Source of the DNA: Candidatus Doudnabacteria bacterium
GTDB taxonomy: Bacteria > Patescibacteriota > Doudnabacteria > UBA920
Assembly (NCBI GenBank): GCA_031291995.1
Contig: JARLHZ010000034.1
Location: 14,915-78,914 of the forward strand
Length of the DNA stretch: 64,000 bases
Direction of reading: 5' to 3'
Shown here: positions 51,979 to 60,975 of the stretch, piece after piece
Layout of the letters: the number at the start of each line of letters is the position of its first letter
Position numbering within the stretch: the stretch's first letter is position 1
Program-made: the position numbers and the translations under genes
The notes under the pieces: generated by a model
Told to the model about the DNA's origin: nothing
The model's input: only the letters and a program-made list of their open reading frames with translations
The model's database searches: none

Positions 51979-53514
51979 TCACATTGGGGTGTCGCCAAGT
52001 GGTAAGGCAGCGCCCTTTGGAGGCGCCATTCGCAGGTTCGAATCCTGCCACCCCAGCCAATCACTTAAAACGAGATTTTTCGGACTTTCCGCGAGCAGAG
52101 AAAATGGAGACTTGAATTGATATTGTTGAACAATCTGATTTTTAAGTTTCAGGTTCCAAAGTAATTTTTTTAGCAGTTCAAACTTTTCAACATCAGTAGA
52201 TTCTAAATACTCAAAAGACGCTATTGAGGCCTGTAAAAAGGTCTTTTTTGTTAGTTCCAAAGTGAATAAGGCCTCTTCAAGCGTTTGGGTCTTGGTGTTC
52301 AAAACTTGGGTCTGAATTAATTTTGTTTCGGCCTCTAGGTTTAAAATTTGGGGCTTTAGGGCATTTGCCATACTTGGGTCAGTAGAAATTACCTGCACAA
52401 GATTTGCTAGTCGCTCTTGTGTAGTTTTAAGCTTTTTAGCCAGTTCGTCTTTTTGAAAATTGATGTTGCCGGCTTGGGCGATAGTTTTTTCCTTTGCGGC
52501 ACGATAAGCAATTTCAATATCGTGTTCGTCAAACTTAAGTTCCTGAAAAGTTTTGGCTATGAGTTCATCAATGGCTTTATCCCTTAAATATTTTTTATGT
52601 TCCAAACAATTTCCCTTGCCATTGGTGCAATAATAATAAGCGTGGCCTTTTTTTGTTGAGGCGGTAAGCAGACAGCCACAGGAATGGCAAAACATAAAAC
52701 CACGGGCAGGAAAAAAATGTTTTTGTTTTTTGGAACGGGATTTACCGGATAACACATCCTGCACAGTATCAAATAAAATTTTGCTGATAATCGGCTGATG
52801 TATGCCTTGGTAAATTTGGCCGTTGCGGCGGATAACTCCGTAGTAAAATGGATTTTGTAAAATGTGATGAAATTGGGCTTTGCTGGGTTTAAGCCCGCCT
52901 TTTGTTCTAAAGCCGTTTTGGTAAGTGATATTATTTACATCCTTAAGCGAATAGCCGCCGGTAGCATAAAGTTCAAATGCTTGTTTAATGAATACAGATT
53001 TTATTGGGTCTATTTCTTTTTTCTTGGTCGCCAAATTATCCAAATAACCAATCGGTGCGGCTCCGGGCAACTCGCCTTTTTCTAGTTTAGTTTTGTTGCC
53101 GCGCTTAACATCCTGCGACAAGTTTCTGACAAACTGGTTAGCAGTGCCAAATTCCAAGGCTAAGTGCATAACATTGTCGCTGGGGTGGTGACTACCAAAA
53201 GGAGTTATGATTTCGGAAATTATGTTCTCTTGCAGGAGGCTGATAATTTCCCCGCTGTCCCGTAAGTTCCTTGCTATTCGGTCAAGTTTCCACGCCAAAA
53301 GCTTACAACCCTGATTAGCCTTAATATACAAAACCATTTTATTGAACTCCGGACGGCCAATGGTTTTAGCGGATTTACTTTCCTGAAATATTTTATCAAT
53401 GCTCAAATTTAACTTTGCGGCCAAAGCCTTTATTTCGCCGGCTTGAGATTCCAAAGACAAAGCCTGCCGGTCTTCGGCTTCACTGGATTTTCGTAAATAA
53501 ATAATTGTTTTCAT
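51979..53514 (-). CDS. large serine recombinase (resolvase catalytic domain, recombinase domain, Zn-ribbon)
   Basis: 511 aa. N-terminal IIYLRKSSEAEDRQ…SLESQ catalytic-Ser region. Zn ribbon CHSCGC…CTNGKGNC. Coiled-coil. Its 3' end reads through the 3' half of tRNA-Gln. Confidence 0.85.
   Translation of the reverse strand: MKTIIYLRKSSEAEDRQALSLESQAGEIKALAAKLNLSIDKIFQESKSAKTIGRPEFNKMVLYIKANQGCKLLAWKLDRIARNLRDSGEIISLLQENIISEIITPFGSHHPSDNVMHLALEFGTANQFVRNLSQDVKRGNKTKLEKGELPGAAPIGYLDNLATKKKEIDPIKSVFIKQAFELYATGGYSLKDVNNITYQNGFRTKGGLKPSKAQFHHILQNPFYYGVIRRNGQIYQGIHQPIISKILFDTVQDVLSGKSRSKKQKHFFPARGFMFCHSCGCLLTASTKKGHAYYYCTNGKGNCLEHKKYLRDKAIDELIAKTFQELKFDEHDIEIAYRAAKEKTIAQAGNINFQKDELAKKLKTTQERLANLVQVISTDPSMANALKPQILNLEAETKLIQTQVLNTKTQTLEEALFTLELTKKTFLQASIASFEYLESTDVEKFELLKKLLWNLKLKNQIVQQYQFKSPFSLLAESPKNLVLSDWLGWQDSNLRMAPPKGAALPLGDTPM
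51985..52059 (+). tRNA. tRNA-Gln (anticodon UUG)
   Basis: 75 nt cloverleaf. Acceptor TGGGGTG/CACCCCA with a U1:A72 pair. D-loop AAGTGGTAA. Anticodon loop CTTTGGA. T-loop TTCGAAT. Encoded CCA. Near-identical in outline to E. coli tRNA-Gln. Confidence 0.85.
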
Positions 53515-53631
53515 TTTTTTTTGTTTCTTAAGGATTTTTACAAATCCATAATACGCCGGAAGTAAATAATTTTCAAATATTTGCCATAAAGCGCGATTTG
53601 CTGTCTAACCATTTTCGGATTAAGTGTTATA

Positions 53632-53835
53632 TTAATCGAGTGTAACAGGCGGCGGCGTTGCCGCCGCGCCTCCGTTGGGGTGCGGCCGCCTCGCCGCCTG
53701 CCTCTTGGCCATTAGCAAAAACAAATCAGCCAATGCTTCGGTAGCTGAATTAGCCTCATCGTCTGACATTAATTTGTGGTGCTTATCGTTAAAATGCTGT
53801 TGCGTGTAGCTGATAAGCCCCTCGCTGAACCGCAT
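53632..53835 (-). CDS. hypothetical small protein
   Basis: 67 aa ORF adjacent to the recombinase. Its C-terminal part is encoded by a GC-rich GGCGGCGGC palindrome. Weak. Confidence 0.25.
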   Translation of the reverse strand: MRFSEGLISYTQQHFNDKHHKLMSDDEANSATEALADLFLLMAKRQAARRPHPNGGAAATPPPVTLD

Positions 53836-54089
53836 ACAAACCCCGGCGGAGAAAATATAACTTGAATCGTATGAACATAAAATAAAAACAAAAAGCTACT
53901 CCCGCTTATTGCGTAGTAGCCATTGGGCGCTAGTCCCTCTTGGGCTAGCCCACTCCCTGATTAGCTTTTACACTAACCATTTTAAGTTTAACGCTTAAAC
54001 AATTTATGTCAAGCGGATTATCCACCGCTATTTATTTTTAAGACAAAACTTGCTATAGTTTAAGTATAATTTTAACTTAAATCATTATT

Positions 54090-54611
54090 ATGAAAAAAAT
54101 ACTCTTTGCTTTGCCGTTTATATTATTATTAGCGTCAGGGTGTAGTTCTGAAAATAATCAAACCTCTCAAAGTTTACCAACAGCCAGTAATTCTAGTCCG
54201 CAATTTACTACCACGACCGTTGCGGATATGGTGCAGGGAGGGATGGAACATACCCCCACTTTGGTCGAGACTCAAACTAAAATTCTTAAAAAAATTACTT
54301 TTTTAAATAAAAAAGCCACGCCACCCACACAAGAATATTTATTTGAAATTGGAGATAGTAAGGCAGTTGCCGTGTTTGATGTTTCAAAATTTTCACAATT
54401 ATACTCACAATTCAACGCCGGAAATTCCGTAGTTGTCCGAGGGGCTTTCGGAAGTTTTAGCTGTGACACAGATTCAATGGCCGGGGACGCAGGCATTACG
54501 TATCTTTGCAAGACATTAAACACTACACAAATTTTTATTCCTTGGGTTGTTGCTATTGCTCCAGACCCAACGCTTGGAAATAAAAATCCAGTAGAAAAAA
54601 TCACTCAATAA
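54090..54611 (+). CDS. hypothetical lipoprotein
   Basis: 173 aa. Signal peptide plus lipobox LLLASGC. AT-rich. Confidence 0.55.
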   Translation: MKKILFALPFILLLASGCSSENNQTSQSLPTASNSSPQFTTTTVADMVQGGMEHTPTLVETQTKILKKITFLNKKATPPTQEYLFEIGDSKAVAVFDVSKFSQLYSQFNAGNSVVVRGAFGSFSCDTDSMAGDAGITYLCKTLNTTQIFIPWVVAIAPDPTLGNKNPVEKITQ

Positions 54612-54612
54612 T

Positions 54613-55203
54613 ATGGATAAAAATCTTAAAAATTCTTTGCTATTCGGCGCTGCAACGGGCGGTCTTTTTGCTCTTTTTCGTAACGCTGGAAATAAACAAA
54701 AATTAAGCGACTTACAGCTTAAAGCAGTTAATGACCTTAGAGACGCTTTTGCTCAGTTGGTAGGTTCGCTTAATGGAAACATAGCACTCGCTCCAATATT
54801 AACAAGCGTTAAAGAATTTGAGGTTCAAAAACGGTATCAGCAAATAGTAATTTTTCTAGAAAAAAATATACAGAAAGACGCCGAAAATCTTGGTTTGGTA
54901 AAAAGTTTTAAAAGCAGGCTTCAATATGTTTTAAGCGGCAGATTTACTGAGGAAAAAAATAATGCTAAAGCCCACCAAACCCAAGCATTTTTTGTTCCTT
55001 TTAGAGAATTACCAGCTTTGCTTGAAACCCTGCTTGAAAAGCACACACAGATTTTTCGCTTAATGCAAAAAGGATTTGGTTATATGGAAACAGAAGGGCT
55101 TAAAGATTTTAAGCCAGAGGATAGTACGCTCTTAAAATCATACGTAAGCCAATTTCAGGCGTTAGACAAACAAGCAACAAGTTTACTTTCAGACTTCAAG
55201 TAA
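54613..55203 (+). CDS. hypothetical protein
   Basis: 196 aa. Its start overlaps the preceding stop (ATAATATGG). No domain recognised. Confidence 0.5.
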   Translation: MDKNLKNSLLFGAATGGLFALFRNAGNKQKLSDLQLKAVNDLRDAFAQLVGSLNGNIALAPILTSVKEFEVQKRYQQIVIFLEKNIQKDAENLGLVKSFKSRLQYVLSGRFTEEKNNAKAHQTQAFFVPFRELPALLETLLEKHTQIFRLMQKGFGYMETEGLKDFKPEDSTLLKSYVSQFQALDKQATSLLSDFK

Positions 55204-55227
55204 ACTAAAAAATAAACTGAGATTATT

Positions 55228-55776
55228 ATGCGAGGATATTTTTATTACAACTCTTTTGCGGGAAATCATTTTGATATTTCCACTTGGGTAGCCATAATTG
55301 CGGCGTTTGCTGCTATTGCCGCAGCTGTTGCTGCGTTTTGGCAAGCAAATGGGCTTAAGCTTTCCATAAAAGCTGAGACTTTATTAAAATTTATTGATAG
55401 ATTTGAATCGCAAAATTTTAAGGCAGCAAGAAAAACAGCTACCTTAGCTTGCCACACTATGCTGAAAGATAAAAATCCCGGAATAGATGTTGATGACGTT
55501 CTAGATTTTTTTGAGGACGTTTCTTTTATGGTTGAAAAGCAGGCCTTAGATGAGGAAATGGTTTGGCACGCTTTTTATCATTGGATGAGGTTATATTATC
55601 AAGCCTCCGCAACATACATAAATGAACGCAGGCAAGAAGAGCCGACGGTATGGAAATATTTTATTTGCCTGTATCCAAGATTAAATGCTTTGGAAAGAAG
55701 CAACAGTTTTGGCCAATACAAAGAAATACTGGATGACGCTGAGTTAAAAAAACAGCTAGAGGATGAATTAAACTAA
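55228..55776 (+). CDS. hypothetical single-TM protein
   Basis: 182 aa. One Ala-rich TM helix (VAIIAAFAAIAAAVAAFW), then an alpha-helical domain. Confidence 0.5.
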   Translation: MRGYFYYNSFAGNHFDISTWVAIIAAFAAIAAAVAAFWQANGLKLSIKAETLLKFIDRFESQNFKAARKTATLACHTMLKDKNPGIDVDDVLDFFEDVSFMVEKQALDEEMVWHAFYHWMRLYYQASATYINERRQEEPTVWKYFICLYPRLNALERSNSFGQYKEILDDAELKKQLEDELN

Positions 55777-55973
55777 AGCAATTTCTTTAATTTTTGTTCC
55801 AACTTGGTCAAACAAGGCCAGCCAACAATTTTGGTTCCTACAGACCTACCAACCCTTGAACCAAAGTTACAAATCTTAAGAAAATAAGAGCATGGATTTT
55901 CGTCCATGCTCTTATTTTTTTCTACATTCAGTAAAAATATGCTAAAATAAGGTCATAATTTCAATAGAATTCT

Positions 55974-56969
55974 ATGAACAAAATATATTCGGAAAAACTA
56001 AAAGTTGGAGATGAAATTAGAATTATAGCGCCTTCAAGATCGCTCGGCATTATCTCAAATAATTTAAGAGAGATTGCCAACCGCAGGCTTAGGGATTTAG
56101 CGCTTAAAGTCAGTTTTGGCAGGCACGTTGAAGAAAAAGACGAGTTTGATTCTTCCGGTATAGAATCGCGCGTTGAGGATTTGCACGAAGCGTTTGCCGA
56201 CAAAAACATCAAGGCAATTTTTACCGTCATTGGCGGGTATAATTCCAACCAGTTATTGAAGCATATTGATTGGCAATTGCTCAAAAACAATCCAAAAATA
56301 CTTTGCGGTTATTCTGATATTACGATCTTGAATAATGCCATTTACGCCAAGACCGGTTTGGTTAGCTATTACGGCCCGCATTATTCCACTTTCGGGCAGG
56401 AAAAGCACTTTGACTACACTTTGGTTTACTGTAAAAAATGTTTGTTTTTTGACGAACCGTTTGAAATTAAGCCCAGCGAAAATTGGAGTGATGATTTATG
56501 GTTTAAAGATCAAAACAACCGCACCCTCATTCCTAACGAAGGCTGGCTGATAATAAACGAAGGCGAGGCTAACGGCACTGTCCTTGGAGGTAACCTTTGC
56601 ACTTTTAATTTGCTACAAGGGACGGAATTTTTTCCAGACCTAAACGGCAGTATTTTATGTTTGGAAGACGATGACTTGCCAAAAGAAAATTCCGCTGTGG
56701 AATTTGACCGCAACCTACAGTCCTTAATTCAGCAACCAAATTTTGGAAAAGTCCAAGGTTTGGTTATTGGCAGGTTTCAAAAAGCCAGTCAAATTACGAA
56801 CGAAAAGATAAAACAAATTATAAAATCAAAAAAAGAGTTGGCCAGCATGCCCATAATTGCCAATGTCGATTTTGGCCACACCGATCCCAAAATCACCCTT
56901 CCAATTGGCGGAGAAATTCAGATTAAAGCGGATTTTCAGAATCCCCAAATAAACATAGTCAAACACTAA
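55974..56969 (+). CDS. LD-carboxypeptidase / MccF-like peptidase (MEROPS S66 family)
   Basis: 331 aa. Nucleophile context CGYSDIT. Conserved His/Glu in the C-terminal half (DFGHTD). Length and architecture match LdcA/MccF. Confidence 0.8.
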   Translation: MNKIYSEKLKVGDEIRIIAPSRSLGIISNNLREIANRRLRDLALKVSFGRHVEEKDEFDSSGIESRVEDLHEAFADKNIKAIFTVIGGYNSNQLLKHIDWQLLKNNPKILCGYSDITILNNAIYAKTGLVSYYGPHYSTFGQEKHFDYTLVYCKKCLFFDEPFEIKPSENWSDDLWFKDQNNRTLIPNEGWLIINEGEANGTVLGGNLCTFNLLQGTEFFPDLNGSILCLEDDDLPKENSAVEFDRNLQSLIQQPNFGKVQGLVIGRFQKASQITNEKIKQIIKSKKELASMPIIANVDFGHTDPKITLPIGGEIQIKADFQNPQINIVKH

Positions 56970-57062
56970 AGTTATTATTCAGGCAAAAAAATAAGGGCAT
57001 GGACAAAAAATCCAAGCTCTTTTTTTAATGATAGTCCAAGTCTTTTAAATATATGACAATAG

Positions 57063-57090
57063 GGGTCGACGAGAGCCGGCCCCTATTTGG
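57063..57090. terminator. hairpin ATAGGGGtcgacgagagccggCCCCTAT between convergent genes
   Basis: 7 bp stem plus a T-run (CCCCTATTTGGTTT). Sits between the 56969 end of the + gene and the 57108 end of the - gene. Confidence 0.5.
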
Positions 57091-57107
57091 TTTGAGCGCC
57101 ATTGCGC

Positions 57108-57560
57108 TCAGTTGATGGTGACGGGACGCAGCTCGAGGGGTTCCTGTTCGTAGGGAACGAAGAACGCTTTGGATCCCTCCACAGCTACGCCCTTTCCGGA
57201 AGTCCCGTCCGCCAAGGCGAGACCGATGTTGCAGCGGCAGCCTAATCCTGGAGTGGTGATGAGTTCGTGATACTGCTGAAAGGCCTCGCTCCACCTCTCC
57301 AGGACGATATGGTGACCGTGGTCGTCAGTGTAGACGTTGACACCCTCTTCGTGCAGGAGGCGGAGAACGGCGTTCTCCACAACCTTGCCCGAGAAGGGCT
57401 TGTCCGCATTGATTACCAGGTGAAACAGGCGGCCGGTCATCCGGGCGCCGTTCATGATGATGGTTTCCGGGTTGCCGACAACGAACTTCGTATCCGGTTG
57501 GCCGAATCGTAAATGCATTGCCAGCGTTTCCGCAATCTGTCCTTGACGTTCCGTATACAT
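57108..57560 (-). CDS. hypothetical protein (GC-rich block)
   Basis: Strong RBS AAGGAG 5 nt before ATG (MYTERQGQ…); the track opens 15 codons earlier. 150 aa. No confident family. Confidence 0.45.
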   Translation of the reverse strand: MYTERQGQIAETLAMHLRFGQPDTKFVVGNPETIIMNGARMTGRLFHLVINADKPFSGKVVENAVLRLLHEEGVNVYTDDHGHHIVLERWSEAFQQYHELITTPGLGCRCNIGLALADGTSGKGVAVEGSKAFFVPYEQEPLELRPVTIN

Positions 57561-57586
57561 AACTGCTCCTTGGTGGGTTGTCTGAC

Positions 57587-57796
57587 TTATGCCGAGTGAA
57601 CGCAAGTGCCGTCGGAGTCGTAGGCATAAACTTCAATGCCAACGCCGCGGTTGCTGTGAGCGATGTCGTCTATTTCCCCTTGGCTTAACGGTGCGTTGTA
57701 GTCGCCAATAAAGAAATCTTCGCCATGCTCGTGTCCGATGAAACGGATCTTACCATCCGGAGCCTTGGGCTCCGTATCTGACTTTCGGAATTGCAT
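57587..57796 (-). CDS. hypothetical small acidic protein
   Basis: 69 aa ORF, GC-rich. Lies between the HisRS-like gene and the 57108-57560 gene. Confidence 0.35.
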   Translation of the reverse strand: MQFRKSDTEPKAPDGKIRFIGHEHGEDFFIGDYNAPLSQGEIDDIAHSNRGVGIEVYAYDSDGTCVHSA

Positions 57797-58001
57797 GATT
57801 CCTCCCCCTTTGCAAATTTATACCGCACGTTTCAAAACATATTTATAAACTCTGTAAACCGTAAAATAATGAAAATACTACTTATTGAGAAAATGGTCTT
57901 GGTTTGAAATAATTATATACCTATTCAATAAATAAAAACAACCTGAAAAAATCAACCCGGCGCGTCCTCCTTCGCGCCGGGCGTGGTTGAAGAACAACAA
58001 C

Positions 58002-59327
58002 TTAAACCTCCTGGAGCACCTGCCCCAGGGCATTCCGGACATCGGCCTCGAAAGCGGAGCGGCATTCGAGGGCGTGGGTGAGGGTGGCTTCTTTGCCGTT
58101 GACGCAGAACGCCAACTGGCATCCACGGAGTTTGGCCTGTTCTACCGCTCCCGCGGAGGAAAGCGGGTCGTAGCTCAGGTCAACGTTGATGCCAGCATTG
58201 CGAAGCTGCTGGGCGAATCGGAAAGCCATGGCTGTACTGTCGTTATTGCCGCAGTACGCTACCAGGACTTTATCCGGAAGGACAAGCTCGGATTTGAGCA
58301 TGTCCAATTCCTTCATGACTGCAAGGATGCGGTCGAGGCCGAAGGCCATGCCGACCGCCGGTTCAGGCGGAGCGCCGAAAGCGCCCACCAGGTTGTCGAA
58401 TCGGCCGCCGCCGAGCACCGCGCCGATTGGCACGCCGGGAATCACTCCTTCCAGAATGAAACCGGTGTAATAGTCGGCGCCGCGAGCCAACGTGAGGTCG
58501 ATTCTGACGTGAGAGAGCACTTCGTCGGGCAGATAAGAGAAAATCTTCCGGAGCTCAGCGATGCCGGTTAATCCGGCCGGCTGGTCGTGAAGATTGTCTT
58601 GAAGGTGTTGAAGCATGTCTTCGAGCGAGCCGGAAATAGCGATGACGCCCATAATGCTTTCTATCAGGGCGCTGCCAACCCGGCGGCGTTTCAGGTCTTC
58701 GCGGATCCCTTCCAGGCCTGCCTTGGTCACCTTGTCGGCGTAATCCATGGCGCGTTGCACCTTGAGGATGCCGTCTTTGCCGGTGATACCGGCGCGGGCA
58801 GCAATGGCCTGGATGATCATGCGATGATTGACGCGGATGACGAACTGCCGGAAACCGAGGTCACAAAGGCCGCGGCACGCTACGGATATAATATCGGCGT
58901 CGGCCAGAAGGCTGGAGGCGCCGATGATATCCCCATCGCATTGCATGAATTCGCGGAAGTGGCCTTTGTCCGGTTTGTCATCGCGGAACACATAGCCGAA
59001 CTGATACCGCTTGTAAGGGCGGGGCAGGTCGGGATGCGAACTGGCGACGCGAGCCAGCGGTACCGTTAGGTCGTAGCGGAGAACGAGGCGGTGTTTCTTG
59101 TTGTCTTCCAGGCGGAAGATGAGCTTCTCGCCCTCGCCGTGGTGGCCGTCAAATACGACCTCGTTCTCGATGGTGGGGGTATCGTGGGGAGTGAAACCGC
59201 TCTTCTCGTAGACAGAACGGAGAATACGGATAACGTAATCACGTACCCGCATTCCAAGCCCCAGCTTATCAGTAGTGCCCGGCGGGACGGCGTTCTTAAG
59301 CCGAGACCGGGTCTGTGGATGGCCCAT
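58002..59327 (-). CDS. histidyl-tRNA synthetase-like protein (class II aaRS core plus anticodon-binding-like C-domain), paralogue 1
   Basis: 441 aa. Motif 1 RYDLTVPLAR. Motif 3 GGRFDNLVGAFG. C-terminal alpha/beta domain (VLVAYCGNND…). Confidence 0.75.
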   Translation of the reverse strand: MGHPQTRSRLKNAVPPGTTDKLGLGMRVRDYVIRILRSVYEKSGFTPHDTPTIENEVVFDGHHGEGEKLIFRLEDNKKHRLVLRYDLTVPLARVASSHPDLPRPYKRYQFGYVFRDDKPDKGHFREFMQCDGDIIGASSLLADADIISVACRGLCDLGFRQFVIRVNHRMIIQAIAARAGITGKDGILKVQRAMDYADKVTKAGLEGIREDLKRRRVGSALIESIMGVIAISGSLEDMLQHLQDNLHDQPAGLTGIAELRKIFSYLPDEVLSHVRIDLTLARGADYYTGFILEGVIPGVPIGAVLGGGRFDNLVGAFGAPPEPAVGMAFGLDRILAVMKELDMLKSELVLPDKVLVAYCGNNDSTAMAFRFAQQLRNAGINVDLSYDPLSSAGAVEQAKLRGCQLAFCVNGKEATLTHALECRSAFEADVRNALGQVLQEV

Positions 59328-60663
59328 TGTTTGCGCTCTCCTTGGCGCGGATGAGGCTAATAGCCTCTTTGGTGCTCACGTTGCTGGTTTGTCCTGTGGA
59401 CATATCCTTGAGGGAAACATAGCCGCCGGCGACTTCGTCGTCGCCGATCACGATGATGAAAGGAATTCCCAGCCGGCTGGCGTAGGTTACCTTTTTTTTC
59501 AGCTTGGCATCATCGAAGTATACGGCCGTAGGTATACCGCCTTCGCGCAACTCGGTAGCTGCCTGCAAAGGAACGCGGAGATCGGAAGTTTGCGGAATGA
59601 CCAGCACTATGGCGGGCGTTGCGGATTTGGGAGTAATGATGCCCGCTTCGCGAAGCTGGTAAAACAGCCTGGTCAGGCCAATGGAAATTCCGACGCCGGG
59701 CAACTGTTTGTTGGTATAGTACCCAGCCAGGTCGTCGTAACGTCCGCCCGAACAGACACTGCCGATGCCGGGGTAGTCATTCAGTACCGTTTCGTACACG
59801 GTGCCCGTGTAATAGTCGAGGCCGCGGGCGATTGTCAGGTCAATAGCGTAATTCTGCCCGGGAACCCCAAGCGCCGAGACGTAGGAAATCACCTTCTCCA
59901 ATTCGTCGACGCCGGTACGGAAAGTGCCGTTGCTGATCTGCATCTGCTTGAGCTGGGAGAGGATGGCGGCCGTGTCGCCTGTCAATCCGATGAACGCAAG
60001 AACTTCGCGCGCCGCATCGGGTGGCACTCCTAGACCGGCCAACTCCTGCTGAACTGCTTCCTGCCCGGCTTTCTCCAGTCTGTCGACCGAACGGAGGATG
60101 TCCGCGGCCTGGCTGGCAAGTCCGAGCGATTCGAAGAAGCCGTTGAGGATCTTGCGATTGTTGATTTTGATGGTGAAGCGAGAAAAGCCGAGCGCCGCAA
60201 AGGTTGCGTAGATGACGCTGGGAATTTCCGCGTCGTTTAGCAAACTCAAAGCGCCGTCGCCGATGATGTCGATGTCGCACTGATAGAATTCCCGGAAACG
60301 GCCTCTCTGCGGCCGCTCTCCGCGGAACACTTTTCCGATGTGGTAGCGCCGGAAAGGAAACGCGAGGTCCGGATAGTGCTGCGCTACATAGCGAGCCAAC
60401 GGAACCGTGAGATCAAACCTCAAGGCCAAATCGCTGTCGCCCTTGGTGAAGCGGTAAATCTGCTTTTCGGTCTCACCGCCCGCCTTGGCCAAAAGCACTT
60501 CGGCCAATTCGATGACGGGGGTATCTAGCGGAATGAACCCGAACCGTTCATAGCTTTTCTGGATTACTCCCAACATGCCGTTGAACAGCATTTGGTCTGC
60601 CGGGAGCAGTTCCATAAAGCCGGAAAGGATCCGGGGGGTGACTTTACTTGGGTTGTTGTTCAT
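59296..60663 (-). CDS. hisS: histidyl-tRNA synthetase-like protein, paralogue 2 (HisS or HisZ-like)
   Basis: 455 aa. RFDLTVPLARY, GGRYDDLAGYY, and a C-terminal anticodon-binding-like domain. Its 3' end overlaps paralogue 1 by 32 nt. Confidence 0.75.
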   Translation of the reverse strand: MNNNPSKVTPRILSGFMELLPADQMLFNGMLGVIQKSYERFGFIPLDTPVIELAEVLLAKAGGETEKQIYRFTKGDSDLALRFDLTVPLARYVAQHYPDLAFPFRRYHIGKVFRGERPQRGRFREFYQCDIDIIGDGALSLLNDAEIPSVIYATFAALGFSRFTIKINNRKILNGFFESLGLASQAADILRSVDRLEKAGQEAVQQELAGLGVPPDAAREVLAFIGLTGDTAAILSQLKQMQISNGTFRTGVDELEKVISYVSALGVPGQNYAIDLTIARGLDYYTGTVYETVLNDYPGIGSVCSGGRYDDLAGYYTNKQLPGVGISIGLTRLFYQLREAGIITPKSATPAIVLVIPQTSDLRVPLQAATELREGGIPTAVYFDDAKLKKKVTYASRLGIPFIIVIGDDEVAGGYVSLKDMSTGQTSNVSTKEAISLIRAKESANNGPSTDPVSA

Positions 60664-60913
60664 AATATTTGATCAATCCTCCTTCATGGTACAAACTACG
60701 GAACGACTGGCTCCATAATTCTGCCAATCGATGGTAAAGAACAAACAAGCTCATCCTTATTGCACGGATAAACTTATCGTATTACTATAAATCAATTTAG
60801 CTCATATTGTCAAGGAGATTGGGTTTGGCCAGAGAAGCCCCTGACAAAATTTTTTAACTTGATTTTATTGGATAAATAATATATATAAAAGTAGAGTAAA
60901 CTGTAAAAAAAGA

Positions 60914-60948
60914 TATCCGGGCAGATCCTAAGAGGAACTGCCCGGAAT
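60914..60948. terminator. hairpin ATCCGGGCAG…CTGCCCGGAAT (repeat of the 19164-19190 hairpin)
   Basis: Same 8 bp GC stem with a longer loop. Lies between the lyase gene end and the hisS-like start on the - strand. Confidence 0.4.
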
Positions 60949-60975
60949 ATAAAACCTTTGCCAAACGGCTCGGGT

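Larger units (their letters stand above)
51979..57100. mobile_element. putative integrated element at tRNA-Gln (serine-recombinase island, AT-rich cargo)
   Basis: The recombinase gene overlaps the tRNA 3' end. The cargo genes 54090-56969 are visibly more AT-rich than the flanks. The right boundary is not defined: no att direct repeat was found by eye. Confidence 0.45.

Noticed and set aside
57108-57560. Pyruvoyl-dependent SAM/arginine decarboxylase assignment for the 150 aa protein
   Set aside because: Only a vague MxSLG… / H..xxERWSE resemblance. The catalytic serine-containing motif is not evident, so it is left as hypothetical.
58186-60528. Several plus-strand ORFs (87-252 aa) in the GC-rich block
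   Set aside because: Antisense to the HisRS-like genes. Long spurious ORFs are expected in GC-rich DNA.
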